A stretch of DNA of 64,000 nt from Octopus vulgaris (lineage: Eukaryota), in the NCBI GenBank assembly GCA_951406725.2, contig OX597835.1, forward strand, positions 3,224,001 through 3,288,000, written 5' to 3'. Under the pieces are notes generated by a model. It was not told where the DNA came from. It worked only from the letters and a program-made list of their open reading frames with translations, and searched no databases. The translations under genes and the position numbers were made by a program. Of the stretch, positions 13,689-27,925 are shown piece after piece; the stretch's first letter is position 1; each line of letters opens with the position of its first letter.

Positions 13689-14138
13689 TTAAACATTACT
13701 AAATGGTCCCCTTGACCTTACATTTTACAGAGCATACTAGGTGCATTTTTCTTTTTTCCTTCATGACACCAGCACCGAGAAGGTAACTGTGTCCTGAACA
13801 CACTTCAAAGGATTTCACAACTCTATGTCTCTGCTCACTCACCAACCTCTTGACAAGGTGAGAAGCATAAGGAATGCAGAGATGAATAACAGTGACAATT
13901 TTTATGAGGATGTGTGATAGGGGTACTCAGCATTCAAAAGTATGCACATTCAGGGTAACATAACCAAGATGATATAACAATAAGAGAAATGCTATAAATG
14001 ACCAATTTGCAGAAGACTTAGGGGTGGGTCAAGAACGAGATGGTTGGATAATATTCACCGTCTCAGTGAGTCACACTCAAGAATCTAAGTTTAAAGTCTA
14101 ATGATGGTTGCTTCTGATAGGACCCTACGGAGGAGGCG

Positions 14139-14186
<48 letters not shown>

Positions 14187-15255
14187 ATGCATGTGTGTGT
14201 GTATATATGTTTGTGTGTCCGTGTTTGTCCCCCCAACATCGCTTGACAACCGATGCTGGTGTGTTTACGTCCCCTGCAACTTAGCGGTTCGGCAGATGAG
14301 ACAGATAGAATAAGTACTAGGCTTACAAAGAATAAGTCCTGGGGTCGATTTGCTCGACTAAAGTCGGTGCTCCAGCATGGCCGCAGTCAAATGACTGAAA
14401 CAAGTAAAAGAGTAAAGTGTAAGAGTAGAGTATGTAAATATATACACACACACACACCTATGTGTGCCTATATATATATATATACCGAAATATCTGTGTG
14501 TATGTGTGTAGCTATCCTGACATGTAGACATATACGAGTGTAAAGTGTTTCCAACACTGCACTAGCTTTAGTCATTACCAAAAAATGAGCTTGCAACACC
14601 TTTAAGGCGATCTTTAAATAGCAACTGTAACTCCTGCAAAGTATCTCTGATGTTTATTTCCACACACACACACACATTCATCATGCATTATATATATACA
14701 TATATCATACATACAAATAAAAAGGTGAGTATAAATGATGTTCATTACTTCATTACGTCATTAGATATACCTTGTGTTGTATATGACAGTGTTAAAGACC
14801 AGTCTAATTGGGAACAGAACCACGGATTCACAATATAGAATGACGATGAACTTATAACCTGGGAAACTGCAGCAGGAATACGCGCTGTTCTTTACCAATC
14901 TAAACAATACTATTAGCCTTGTGTATTTGTACTAAAAGAGAGCATATAAAGTATTTTGCCCGGACTGATAGTCAGCCACTCATTAAAAACTCCTTTATAT
15001 ATATATATATCATATATAACTCTCGCGGATGTAGAACAGGTACATACGCAACGTGCCGAATGTCATGGTTAACGCCAGGAAGAGCATCCATCCACGGAGG
15101 ACTGCACCGGAAAATCGTCCCAGCAAAGCCAGCATGTTGGAAACGAAACGAAAAGCCGACCGTGGGGTGTTGTTAAACTGACCTAAGTTGGCGTATTCGG
15201 AAGTGTGCGCGTGTGCCAATTATACATATACTCACCCATATACATATAAATGTAG

Positions 15256-15295
<40 letters not shown>

Positions 15296-15327
15296 TACAC
15301 AGATACACACACACATATAAATGTAGC

Positions 15328-15358
<31 letters not shown>

Positions 15359-15392
15359 TATATATATACACACACACATATAAATGTAACAC

Positions 15393-15439
<47 letters not shown>

Positions 15440-15448
15440 CACACACAA

Positions 15449-15516
<68 letters not shown>

Positions 15517-15606
15517 TCATGTATATACATTTCTCTTTTACTAGTTCCATCCATGCGGCTGCGGTTATATACATCTATACACAAATACAAGCGCGCACAC
15601 CCACAT

Positions 15607-15639
<33 letters not shown>

Positions 15640-15714
15640 TGCACATCAACAGACCCAGAATCGTGTGTGTATATGATTTATCCTTATATACACCAACACA
15701 ACACATTTGTTTAC

Positions 15715-16010
15715 CTTTTCCTCCTTGTGTTTTTTGTTCCTTTTTCCCCTCTTCAGATGAATGTTTGTTAAAGTTTGGGTGGGTGGTCGGGTGTTTTTCT
15801 TTGGTCCACCTCCACTGGACGTCGACCTCTGACTAGGCCAGGGCAAGAATCGGGTTTGCTCTCTCTCTCTCGCTCTCTCTCTCTACCAAAGCAGCAACCA
15901 AAGGAGGCCTCGACGGGTCAAAACCCAAAAGATTTCATGGCAAACCAACGTCTCCACAAAAACATTACGACACTGCGCCTGCGCTCACACAACATCCGTT
16001 TCCGGTGTCA
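15715..16010 (-). promoter_or_regulatory. Probable RNF145 promoter and non-coding first exon
   Basis: Unique, CpG-enriched patch with NRF1-like TGCGCCTGCGC (about 15974-15984) and ETS-like TTTCCGGT (about 15999-16006). Minus-strand donor AAG|GTAAAC at 15715/15714. The coding exon has an acceptor, so an upstream exon is required. A second candidate donor TAG|GTCAGT lies at 15183/15182. Confidence 0.45.
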
Positions 16011-16034
16011 CTAACCATTTTACGTTTTACTACG

Positions 16035-16155
16035 CTCTCTCTCTCTCTCACTCTCCCTCTATAACGCACGCTTCTCTCTCTCTCTCTCTCTCTCTCTGTC
16101 TGTGTGTGTTTGTGTCTCTCTCTCTGTCTCTATCTCTCGCTCTATATTGCATGCT

Positions 16156-16188
<33 letters not shown>

Positions 16189-16535
16189 GTGTGTCTCTCT
16201 CTCTTTCTCTCTACCTCTATCGCTCTCTCCCTCTATATCGCACGCTTCTCTCTCTGTGTCTGTGTGTGTTTGTATGTGTGTCTCTCTCTCTCTCTATCTC
16301 TCCCTCTATATTGCAAGCTTCTCTCTCTCTCTGTCTCTATCTCTCCCTCTATATTGCATGCTTCTCTCTCTCTCTCTCTGTCTCTGTGTGTCTCTCTCTC
16401 TGTCTCTCTACCTCTCTCTCTCTTTCTCTACCTCATTTTCTGTGTATGTGCCTGTCTCTCTCTCTCTTTCTCTCTCTCACTCCCTATTAGATGTTCTCTC
16501 AATACGCTTCTGTCTGTCTCTCTCTTTTCTCTATC

Positions 16536-16589
<54 letters not shown>

Positions 16590-16590
16590 C
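16035..16590. repeat. Compound (CT)n/(GT)n low-complexity tract with internal subrepeats
   Basis: Directly visible; repeated ctatattgcatgcttctctc units. Confidence 0.9.
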
Positions 16591-17608
16591 TTTTTTCCTT
16601 TCAAATCACTTTATCTCTTTCGCTTTCTCTCTTCTCCATCAGTTCCGATGTTTTTCGCAACCAGTAATAAATGATGCTACATGGTTTTTCTAGGCGCGCG
16701 CCTGTGTCTGTTTTACAAGTTTGGCCTTGTTTCATTCTAATGTTGCGTCTCCGTTGCCAAACAGTTTGGCACCTGCGATGCTAAAGGCAAACCTCACCAA
16801 CATCAAATACCTGCATATATTTAGTGTTACGCAGACACCCACCCAACACGTAAGAAATTCCTTACACACACACACACACACACACAGTAGTCTATATCTT
16901 TTAATTTTCGCTTGTTTCGGTCATTAAACTGCGGTCATGCTCGAGTACCGCCCTGAATAGCGTTTTTTTTCTTCTTTTTTCTTTCTTTTTGTCGAATGAA
17001 TCGACCCCAGTACTTATAACAACTAAGTTACAGGGACGTAAACACGCCAACACCGGTTGTCAAGCGGTGGTAAGGGACAAACAGACACAAAGATAAATAG
17101 ACACACACACACACACACACACTCACAAGGCTTTGGGTCGGCCTCTGACTATATTAGAAGGTGCCGCACGGTGGGACTGAACCTGGAGCCATGTTATTGG
17201 GAAGCAAGCTTCTTACCACACAGCCACGGACACTCACACAGAGAATTCTAAAATCCACTTCAGCCGATTTTACTAATCGGTTTCGCACACGATCAGCAAT
17301 TTCGCTACTCACCATAGAGGCTGGTGAACGCAACACGTTAACCACTATGCTAACGCCTTCACGTAAACACGTATACATCTGTGTGTGTGTGTGTGGAGGA
17401 AGAGAGAAACGTGCGTATGCGTGCGTGTGTGTGTGTGTGTGTGTGTGTTGTACTATATACATATGCGAACGTGACTAACACCACGTCAACAATGAATCGT
17501 CTGACGTTACATGAAAATATGTGTGTGTGTGTGTGTATATATATGTGTGTGTGTGTGCATATGTATAGATAGATAAAGAGGGAAAGAGAGAGAGAAAGAT
17601 AGGTAGAT

Positions 17609-17644
<36 letters not shown>

Positions 17645-17939
17645 TCATTTACTTGTTTCAGTCATTTGACTGTGGCCATACTGGAGCACCGCCTTTAGTC
17701 GAGCAAATCGACCCAAGGACTTTATATATATATATATATATATATAAAGTATTTTGCCCGGACTGGTAGTCAGTCCCTCATTAAAAACTCCTTTATAATA
17801 ACAATAATAACAATAATAGTGGTAGTAGTAGTGGTGGTGATAACAGTAGAAGTAGTAATGATGGTAGTTGTGGTGATAATAGTAATAATAGTAGTAGTGG
17901 TAATGGTGGTAATAATAATAGGGAGGCTGATGATGGAAA

Positions 17940-20330
17940 CAGTAACGATAATGAAGATAACCCTAGAATGACCATTGACATGTATGCCCACCCCTTTGAC
18001 ACTCAATTCTTCAACGTATGTGACAAAACTTACTGCATGAGCCGGATTTATCCAACAACATTACCCTTCAACAAAAGAGTCTACATCCCAAGACATACTA
18101 ATGACCACATGGAAGCACAGTTCACTATAGCTAGGACCAAACTTAGACAGATTTTAGGATTATACACTAAGAGACAGAGACAGAATAAGACAGAGGCCCA
18201 ACAACTCGGGATTAAACCTGCATGTGGCCTACATAAGCTCATTCAGCGCACGAGGAACGGAGAGGTGGTATGCCTTCCCACAGATAAGTCCGGCAGGATG
18301 TCAATAGACAGCTTACCGAACTACATCCAGGCAATGCAACCTCATATCGCCAATACAAAAATAACAACTGTACAGGCACATGAGGAGAGAGAAAAGGTCC
18401 TCAACGCCCACATGATGATGTGGACAATTGTTCTGGGACCCCAGAAACGTACAGCAAATAATTTCCAAGCCTGGAACAATGATATCCCGGCACTGTATGG
18501 ACTTCGCAAGGACCATAAAGTAATTACTGACCCTATAGCAGGACCACCAACAAGACCAATCTGTGGAGCAAATATCGCTAGCAATTACAGAATCTCCTAC
18601 TTCCTCTCAATGATCATACGCCCTATAATCTGGGTGTCACCTGATGTTTGTGACAGCACAGAAGATCTCCTCAGCAGGATCGATGACTGTAACAGCACTT
18701 GTGACCTGACAGGATGTATGGTGGGTAGCATGGATGTGGTTTCCCTATACCCATCGATCGACGTAGATTTTGCGGTGGAGAAGTGCGTGAAGATGATTAA
18801 TGAGAGCCAGGTGGAGTTCCGTAATGTCAACACAGAAGAACTGGGCCTCCTACTTAGACTGACATGTAATACTGAATACTTAGATAAACATAATCTTAGT
18901 AGTTTCTGCCCCAGTAGATGTTTAAGAGGTAGACCGCCCACAATTACTTCTATGGCTAGGAAGACACATATAGAAAGATGGCGCGGATGGACCAGAGCCA
19001 TACGGAGCCCCGCAAATGTCCATCAGATAAAGAAAATGATTGCACATGCACTAGGAGCTAGTATAAGAGTTACCCTAAAAGGCCACACGTTTAAGTTTAA
19101 TAATAAAATATATGCCCAGGACGAGGGGGCAGCCATCGGCGTTAGTATCGCTGGTGATGTGGCCAACCTTTTCATGGTATGGTGGGACAGAAGGCTTAAA
19201 GAACGCCTAACACAGAACTCCATACTCGTAAACATGTACTCTCGCTATGTTGATGATATCAACATAGTGGTAAAGGCACCCCACAAGAGAGTAATGTTGA
19301 TATAGTAATAGAAACTAATACTATGGAGAGCATCCAGCAAATAGCCAACTCCATCCACCAGAGTATTAAGGTCACAATAGACTACCCCACTAAACACCCC
19401 AACCATAGACTACCAGTACTAGACACTGAACTCGGCTAGAAATTGCGAATAATAAAACCCAAATCCTTCATTCATGCTATGCCAAACCTATGGCCTCAAA
19501 ATACTTGATCCACCGGAACTCAGCCATTGCGGACAATGCCAAATTCAATATTTTGATGGCAGACCTCGTCAGAATAATGAGAAATGTGTCACGCATGTAC
19601 GAGCCCACAGAGTTAAAGAGACACATACAATATTTCATTCACCGCATGCAGTTCTCAGGTTACAGCCATAAAGAAAGGATCAGAGTATACAAAGGAGCCA
19701 TGAAGAAATTTTATAATATATTATGTAATGATAGGAATGGGATTTGCCCACTATATAGGAACAAGTCATGGAACACTATAGAAAGGACAAAAAAGAAAAT
19801 AGGGAAGGCCAACTCTTGGTATGATAGCCATAAATACCAGAGTGTCATGTTCGTTGACACCACCCCTGGAGGTGAACTGGCGTACCGCTTGAGAAGGACC
19901 CTAGACAAACTTAAACTAAGAATTAAGGTTGTTGAAAAGCCAGAAAACCCTATCAAATCTATAATTGGTAGAACCTATCCTTTTAGTAGAACCCCCTGTA
20001 CGGATAAGTACTGTACTGTATGTAGATTTAGCCCACAAACAAACTGTAAAGCCAGAAATGTAGTCTATAGTATAAGATGTATAGAGGGACGATGCAGTAA
20101 CAAGACAACGACATACGTAGAGGAAACGGCAAGAAGCATAGGAGAGCGGGTAAATGAGCATTGGAGACAACTCAAGGAAGATAAAAGCTCATCGATTCTG
20201 TACTAACATACCGAACAGGAAGAAGGGGGATCAATCAATAACATAGAAATTAAAATATTATCCACACATAGATCAGATGCAACAATTAGACAAATTACAG
20301 AAGCTACACAGCACAGCACACAGGAATTCA
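17940..20330 (+). mobile_element. Penelope-like retroelement (RT + GIY-YIG endonuclease), frameshifted
   Basis: RT motifs GSMDVVSLYPSID, QDEGAAIGVSIAGDVANLFM and YSRYVDDINI in ORF 17968-19305. ORF 19490-20206 has a Cys-rich linker (CTDKYCTVC..C) and a GIY-YIG-like VVYSIRC..YVEETARSIGERVNEH. Confidence 0.88.
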
Positions 20331-20891
20331 TGAGGTTATGATGGGAAAAAAATTGTGTATCATTAAGGGCGATTTAGTTGTTGTTTTTAACACATCTTAA
20401 AACCACCTGATACCTTCCTCGTTCTTTTGTCATTCTGACATTGTATTGATGATTTTTACAATCTTTCTCCCCATAATCACATTAAATAGAGTGATGGTGC
20501 ACCCCAGGGTGGTCCTTGGCAGGGATTTAAGCAAATATGTGGGCTGTCCATATTTGAAACTCTGACTTTTTTTTTTAATTCAAAAATTAATAGAACTCGA
20601 TTAGGGATTTATTATTATTATTACTAATATTGTTGTTATACATACATACAAGCATATCGTAATAAATTCTTGTGTGTAGAACACAAATTCGCAAAATTTT
20701 TCTGAAAATTCCATTGAATAAAAGAAGCTGAGAGGTTAAATGGGCTGCTTAAACCGGAATTCCGTAAAAGGAGTAATAGCATCTTCCTTTTTGGCAAAAG
20801 GAGAAGACTCAGAGAGGGCCACGACCCCTCTTCTCATAGAAGCAAATCTAAGGATGGACCGATGTAAAGCAGTCAAAGAAACCTAACTATA

Positions 20892-21035
20892 TTATTGGGT
20901 TGTCCGGAAACTTCGTGCCGATTTTTAAAAGAAAGAAAAGGGTCAATAAATACTTGCCATTACATTTTTAATCAACCAAATATGAACCATTTTGTTTCAC
21001 AATGCGGCTCCACCTTTCCTTTAACTTGAAAAGAC
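20892..21035 (-). mobile_element. Mariner terminal fragment (TIR)
   Basis: tattgggttgtccggaaacttcgtgccgattttt is the reverse complement of the end of the mariner remnant at 44.7 kb. Confidence 0.6.
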
Positions 21036-21053
21036 CCTCTGATTTCTTTAAGC

Positions 21054-21092
<39 letters not shown>

Positions 21093-21120
21093 ATATATTT
21101 GCCATGCGTCTACATATATG

Positions 21121-21151
<31 letters not shown>

Positions 21152-21188
21152 ATATATAAATATATATATGTATATATATATATGTATG

Positions 21189-21220
<32 letters not shown>

Positions 21221-21222
<2 letters not shown>

Positions 21223-24200
21223 TTTTCTAGTTTCAGCTCAGAGCTGCGGCCATGCTGATGCACCGCCGTTTTGTGCTACACTGTTATTGCGACGAACCTC
21301 GTCTAATATGTGGCACTTGGTGAAGAATGGAGTTTGATATAGCTACTCTCATTTGCACCTCTTGCCGTGAGGTAGGTTCATCTGGGACTCTTGACAGGAA
21401 GATGTCCAGCTTTGATTTAAAAACCGCTACATCTACTTTGTGCAAGTTCCTCAGACTCTTTGGGAGAATATTAAAAAGCTGTGGGCCCTGAAACCCAGGC
21501 TGTTGCAGAAGCTGCTCCTGAAGCGTGATGGCATTGCTGGGATCTTTGGCACTATGCAGTGTCGTCCCGTTCTAGCATTGGTGTAGCTTACAATGCCAAA
21601 ATTTGGCACAATTCCTTCCAGGATCTTCCAGACATATATTACTGCATACCTCTCCCGTCTTCTCTCCATGGGAGTAGAGTCTTAGCTGTTTCAACCTTTC
21701 CCAGTAGCTGAGCTGTTGCAAAGAGACGATCTTCTTTGTGAATCTTCTCTGGATTGCTTCAAGTCCGCTGTTAATTTTACACTGGTGGGTGACCATAGCT
21801 GTGAGCAGTAATCCAGGCGACTGAGGACGAATGTCCGCCAGAGGACCATCATGGTTTCCTTATCTCTGGTTCTGAATGTTCTTAGGATCCACCCAGCCAG
21901 TCGTCTGCACTTTGTCGCCATCCTGGTAATGTGCACTTGGAAAGAGGTATCATCACTCATGTCGATACCCAGGTCCCTCACAGACTTAGGCTCTGGGATT
22001 GAAATTCCCTGTGGACCGGTGTATCCTGTAAGTTTAATATTCAGTTTTGGATGCTGGTAGCGCAGGGCCTGGAATTTTTCAGCATTAAACTGCATATTAT
22101 TATCCTCAGCCCATCTGTAGATTGAGTCCAACTCCTGCTGCAGGTGTGCAACATCGCTGGGGTTCTGTATTTCTGCGAGACTTTCGTATCGTCTGCATAG
22201 CTGGCCAGAGTGGCTATCCGGGCATTTGAGGGCATATCTGAGAGGGCCACTATAAAAAGCAGTGGTCCCAAGACAGTGCCCTGTGGAACACCGCTCACTA
22301 TTTGTGTGTTCATAGAGGTGGCTCCATTAACCACTACTGCCTGACTCCTATCTTTCAGGAAGTCATGCAACCACACTCCAAGTTTTCCAGCTATGCCGAG
22401 GTCACGTAGTTTGTGGCATATCATACCATGATCCACCTTGTCAAAAGCTTTTGCAAAATCAAGGTAGATTACGTCCACATTTGATTTGTTGAGTAACTGC
22501 CTCAACACCCAGTCATAATGCTGTAAGAGCTGGATCAGGCAGCTCCTACCTGGTCGAAAACCATGCTGGGTATTACTCAGCAAGTTATTTTCCTCAAGGA
22601 ATGCGATTAGTTTCTTTCTGACTATCCGTTCCATGACTTTGCTGATGTTTGAAGTCAGAGAGATAGGCCTATAGTTTTTGGCATCTGCTCTACTTCCCCC
22701 TTTATGTATTGGACATATTATTCCCTCCTTCAGCTTGCTTGGCAGTTTGCCATTCGCAAGAAAGCTCTGGAAGAGAATCTTGAGGGGTTTTGCCAGGGCA
22801 TGCTTACACGCTTTGAGGAGGATGGCTGGGAAACCGTCTGGACCAGCAGCTGAGTTTGTGTCCACTTCATCTATGGCTAGTAGGACATCTTTTTCGCTAA
22901 TGTCAATACATTCTATTGTAACCGCCTCGCTGGTTATAGGTGAGGCGGCAAAGAAGTCAACTGGTTCGTTCACTTGTCTGTGTTCCAACGGGGTGGTAAA
23001 GACACTTTTGAACTGGCCATTCAGCATCTCACTGATCACAGTTGGACTGTCTGTGAGGGAGCCATCCTTTTGGAGGAGGGGTCCTATCTTGTAGTGCACT
23101 GAGACTGTTTCTTTCGTGTAATGAAAGAAGGCCTTTGGGTTTGATTTAATGTTTTTTATAACCCAGGCTTCTTTGTCTGCTTTCTCCTTCACATAGGATT
23201 GTTGCAGCCTTTTTTCGATCTCCATCAGTGTTGTTTTTAGGCGAGACGTTTCGCTACTTTTGGGATGTTGGTTGAGACGATTTGCAACCTTCGTCCGTCG
23301 TCTCATGAGGATCTTCCTGTCTCTTGGAATCTTGCTCCTGTTTGTTTTGGCCTTGTGCTCTGGGACATATTTCTGGCATACGGCTTGCACAGAAGACATG
23401 AAACATTCTAGTTTCATGTCAATGTCTGGTGTGGAGAGACATTCCGGCCAGTCCTCTCTGAGGATCTCTTTTTGGATCGATTTCCAATCTGCTTTGTGGA
23501 AGTTCAGATTGGAGAGATTTCGGGTGCTTCCTTTAGGCTGTATGTCTCTGGTCACTTTCGGCCCAAACATAGACAGCTCTATTATGTTGTGATCCGAAAC
23601 TGATGTCGGTGTCACTTTCACATCATGAATGATGTCCATATTGTTCGTGAAGCAGAGATCCAGAATGTTATTCGCCCTAGTTGGCTTGAGTACAACTTGC
23701 TCCATGAATAAGGCATTGGTGAGGTTGAGCAGGGACTCCACCTGTACTTGCTTGCAATGATTCATTCCTGAGAGTATGTGACCTTCGGGCCACTTGACGT
23801 TGGGGAAGTTGAAATCACCCATAAGAAATATGGTCACGTGGTGTTCCATATTCATGAGGATTTCTTTCATTCTTGTGAGGCAATCTTCAAACTTGCCTAT
23901 GTGATTTGGGGCATCCGGTGGGCAATATTATTGCATATGACTATACTATGTTGTCTTATGTATACAATTAAGGTGTCACATACCGAATTTGAGTATATCA
24001 TCAAGACCTGGGGTGTGAGGTCATCTCGGATGTATACAGCAACTCCACCATGGCTCCTTTCCCTTCTGTCTGTTCGCAGTATGGCATAGTTTGGTATGTG
24101 TACTTCTGCGTCCTCTATATCGAGGTTGAGGTGAGTTTCCACAAGTGCTATGCATAGGGCTTGATTGCATGCAGTAAGATCTCTCAGGAAAGAAATTTTG

Positions 24201-24342
24201 TTTCTATTTTGATGCAACAGGCCCCCAATATTTAGTAAAAGTATTGGGGTGACGGCTGTGCAGGCGTTAGGGGAGGCCATCCCGTGTCTGTTGACTGTGG
24301 TGGTCTTGCATAGTGGTGGGCAGGGTTCCTTCTCTGTGCTTG

Positions 24343-24344
<2 letters not shown>
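21221..24344 (-). mobile_element. CR1-type LINE (APE + RT), 5'-truncated and frameshifted, flanked by (TA)n
   Basis: APE motifs IALVETHL, HGGVAVYI, MGDFNFP, SDHNII. RT motifs YLDFAKAFDKVDH, GVPQGTVLGPLLF, YADDTK. C-terminal RLDYCSQLWSP. Confidence 0.9.
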
Positions 24345-24418
<74 letters not shown>

Positions 24419-25122
24419 AAATCTGGTCGATTGGAACTTCGAAGCAACAGCATCCCGGAGTCTTGGGGTTTTTTTTCAAAAGAAACAAGTACAGTACGAA
24501 CCGTTCAAAATCTAAGGTTTATTCCAGGGGTTCTCAAACGGGGTTCAAATAAGATTTTTGGGGGTCTACAGTAAATTTTCATGGTCCATGAAAAAATGCT
24601 TGAGACCAGTAAAGCTTTTGTGCAATGAATTGGTTTATACGTCCAGAATACAAAAAATATTTTAATAATTTTTACACGAGTCCTAATAATATTTAATTAT
24701 AAAATTACAGTAAGATTTTTAAAACGTGGAACGGCTACGGAGACCCCCCACCCGCCCAAGTAAAATAGGAATGAAAGGGGTTCATAGATAAAAAGTGATT
24801 GAGAACCCTTGTTTTATTCATAGAAGCAAAGGAAAAAAATGATAAGGGACCACTGAATGATTTCAAAGAATTTATTTCATAAAATTTATATCATCTTGTA
24901 AACTGATTTATTGAGCACATATGACATGAAAAGGTTAACCCTTTTGTCACGAGATTTCTGTAGAAATACATGGTTTTTATTCGTTTAATTTTGAAAATAA
25001 TGAATAATTTAGTGAAATAACTGTCTTGGAATGTTTTCAGTGACCAAGGACCATCATGAACTCTCAACTGATATTTGCAACATGAACTAGCATAAAACTT
25101 TGAAAGAAAATTTTAATTAAGA

Positions 25123-25422
25123 CTAGCAGTATCGCCCGGCGTTGCTCGGGTTTGTAAATGAAATAACTATATAAGCATTTTTAGAGAGTTACTTCCCTTA
25201 TATAATAGCAAAAAAATGCATTAAAAATGGGAAAAAATGATGGTAATTTTTTTAAATCGTAGACTCATCGTAGACGCGCGCTAATACCCAGAAGGGCTCG
25301 ATATGAATCACGACTATAAGATACCCGCTTTTGGTTAAACTGCACCGCAAAATGTGGGAGTAGTTAGGAATCTAAATCGTAGGAGACAGACACTCACACA
25401 ACTTCACTTTTATATATAAAGA
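25123..25422 (-). mobile_element. Non-autonomous Helitron-like element
   Basis: On the minus strand it starts a|TCtttatatataaaa and ends with a GC hairpin cccgagcaacgccggg ..CTAG|t, inserted in an AT dinucleotide. Confidence 0.65.
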
Positions 25423-25945
25423 TTACCTTTAACCCTTTTGTTAGCATATTTCTGCACAACTAGTGTACTTTGGTTTCATTAAATTTGGAAAAAAATGAAG
25501 TTTATAAAATAACTTTGTCCTTTCTAAGTCTGTGTTTGGAATATAAATTCACAGGAAATTTCAATGGAAGATTTTACTTTATATAACATTAAAACAGGAA
25601 GTTTGTATCATAGAACAAGGAACAGTCTCAGATGGTTTGGTATCCAAAGGGTTAAATAAACTTAAGGCTTCCAGTTTCACATTAAAAAATTTATTCTTAC
25701 ATTCTTGATTAATTAGTTATTATACTTAAATGACTGAAAAATCACAACGGGATGCACAATCAGCATTAGGAAATAGTGTTGGAGAAGCGGACAGGTGATT
25801 TATGTAAAATGTGTACTGGTTAACCGTTTTATCAACAGATGCATTGTGTTATACATACATACATACATACATACATACATGCATACATACATACATACAT
25901 ACATACATACATACATACATACATACATACATTCACATACATACA

Positions 25946-26033
<88 letters not shown>

Positions 26034-26121
26034 AATATGAAAGCTGTGGGCAAAGAAATGTTGAAACAGTTCTCTTGATAACACCGCCTACATGACCATC
26101 ACCAACGTGTCTGAAATTTGC

Positions 26122-26291
26122 ACGCAGGAGTGGCTGTGTGGTAAGTAGCTTGCTAACCAACTACATGGTTCCGGGTTCAGTCCCACTGTGTGGCACCTTG
26201 GGCAAGTGTCTTCTACTATAGCCTCGGGGCGACCAAAGCCTTGTGAGTGGATTTGGTAGACGGAAACTGAAAGGAGCCCGTCGTATATATG

Positions 26292-26324
<33 letters not shown>

Positions 26325-26545
26325 ATGTGTGTGTTTGTGTGTCTGTATTTGTCCCCCTAGCATTGCCTGACAACCGATGCTGGTGTGCTTACGTCCCCAT
26401 CACTTAGCGGTTCGGCAAAAGAGACCGATAGAATAAGTACTGGGCTTACAAAGAATAAGTCCCGGTGTCGATTTGCTCGACTAAAGGCGGTGCTCCAGCA
26501 TGGCCGCAGTCAAATGACTGAAACAAGTAAAAGAGGAAAGAGAGA
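26122..26545 (+). mobile_element. tRNA-derived SINE family A with CR1-derived tail and internal (TA)n(TG)n
   Basis: gcaggagtggctgtgtggtaag..ggttccgggttcagtccc..; ends aaggcggtgctccagcatggccgcagtcaaatgactgaaacaagt. Further copies or parts at 14200-14420, 16890-17230, 17640-17720, 26673-27102, 45433-45740 and 55538-55690. Confidence 0.85.
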
Positions 26546-26672
26546 GTAAAGGAATTTCACCGAACTCTTTATATAAATACCGTTCGAATCTAACACATTA
26601 TTCATTGTGGCTGTATGTAAATTAGTAATAACAATATACAGAATATGTTATGGTAATGATGTTGTTTGTATA

Positions 26673-26847
26673 GGCGCAGGAGTGGCTGCGTGGTAAGTAG
26701 CTTGCTTACCAACCACATGGTTCCGGGTTCATCCCCACTGCATGGCACCTTAGCCTCGGGCCGACCAAGGCCTTGTGAGTAGATTTAGTAGACGCAAACT
26801 GAAAGAAGCCCGTCGAATATATGTATATATGTATGTATATATATATG

Positions 26848-26921
<74 letters not shown>

Positions 26922-27102
26922 TGTGTTTGTGCCCCCGTCCCACAGCATCGCTTGGCAACCGATGGTGGTGTGTTTACGTCCCCGTAACTTACTGGCCGAT
27001 AGAATAAGTAGTAGGCTTCCAAAAAATAAGCCCTGGGGTCGATTTGCTCGACTCAAGGCGGTACTCCAGCATGGCCGCAGTCAAATGACTGAAACAAGTA
27101 AA
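26673..27102 (+). mobile_element. tRNA-derived SINE family A
   Basis: Near-identical to 26122-26545. Confidence 0.85.
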
Positions 27103-27840
27103 TGAGCAAATAAGTAGATGAGATGTAGAACGAGTCTGTATAAGCTTCATTTGTTTGTTGCCTGTGCGCATGCGTACAGCCGAAGAACCTCAAAAAGAGA
27201 GAATACCCTTAAGGATTTACAAATTCTCGTTTTACATCCCATCCATTTTATTTGCAGAATATGCATTATTTTAGTCTTTACTCTTTGGATGCACTCCGGC
27301 TTTTCTAGTTTTGGTTTTTTGGTTAATGCATATCAGTTGCTAAGAAACAATTGAAAATATTACTGTTGGATATTACAGCGTTATATTTGTAGTAAGTTCT
27401 CCAAAAATGTTGTCCTTTTCCCACTTTTTCAAGAAACAATAATGAAAATACTTCTGAAATTTTATTCCTACCTCAATTATATATTTGCATTAGAACTTAT
27501 AACTATTTTTGCAATTAGTTTTTAATGTCTTCGATAATGTGTCTGCTAGAGCAGGAATAACATGTATTTAAGCAACAATTTGGAAGCAGCGATTTTCTGG
27601 GATCAGTATACGTCGGCGTGTAAAAAACAGCTTATAGACATTGTCGTTTTTTTATTCAAAAGATTCATGTCCCCACTGAAGAACATTGACGTAACGGAGG
27701 ACATAAATTTGATATTGCTTAAACTTACAATTTTTTGTATTAATATTTCTCACAGCTGTCCAGGTACCTGAACTACACGAACTACATGAACTAACAAAAC
27801 TAACATCGCATAAATCGTGCTATTGTTTTATATATATGTG

Positions 27841-27925
<85 letters not shown>

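Noticed and set aside
15173-16693. [12 protein letters not shown]-type ORFs here and throughout the window
   Set aside because: Translations of (TA)n, (TG)n and (CT)n microsatellites.
17741-17797. Hammerhead-like hairpin on the minus strand (TTAATGAG-GGACTG..CAGTCC-GGGCAAAA), repeated at 14945-14997
   Set aside because: Both catalytic boxes are degenerate. Probably a PLE terminal-repeat remnant, not callable as a ribozyme.
27163-27175. NRF1-like TGCGCATGCG as a second promoter
   Set aside because: Lies within the diverged duplicated segment, is not conserved in the 30.3-kb copy, and has no linked exon.
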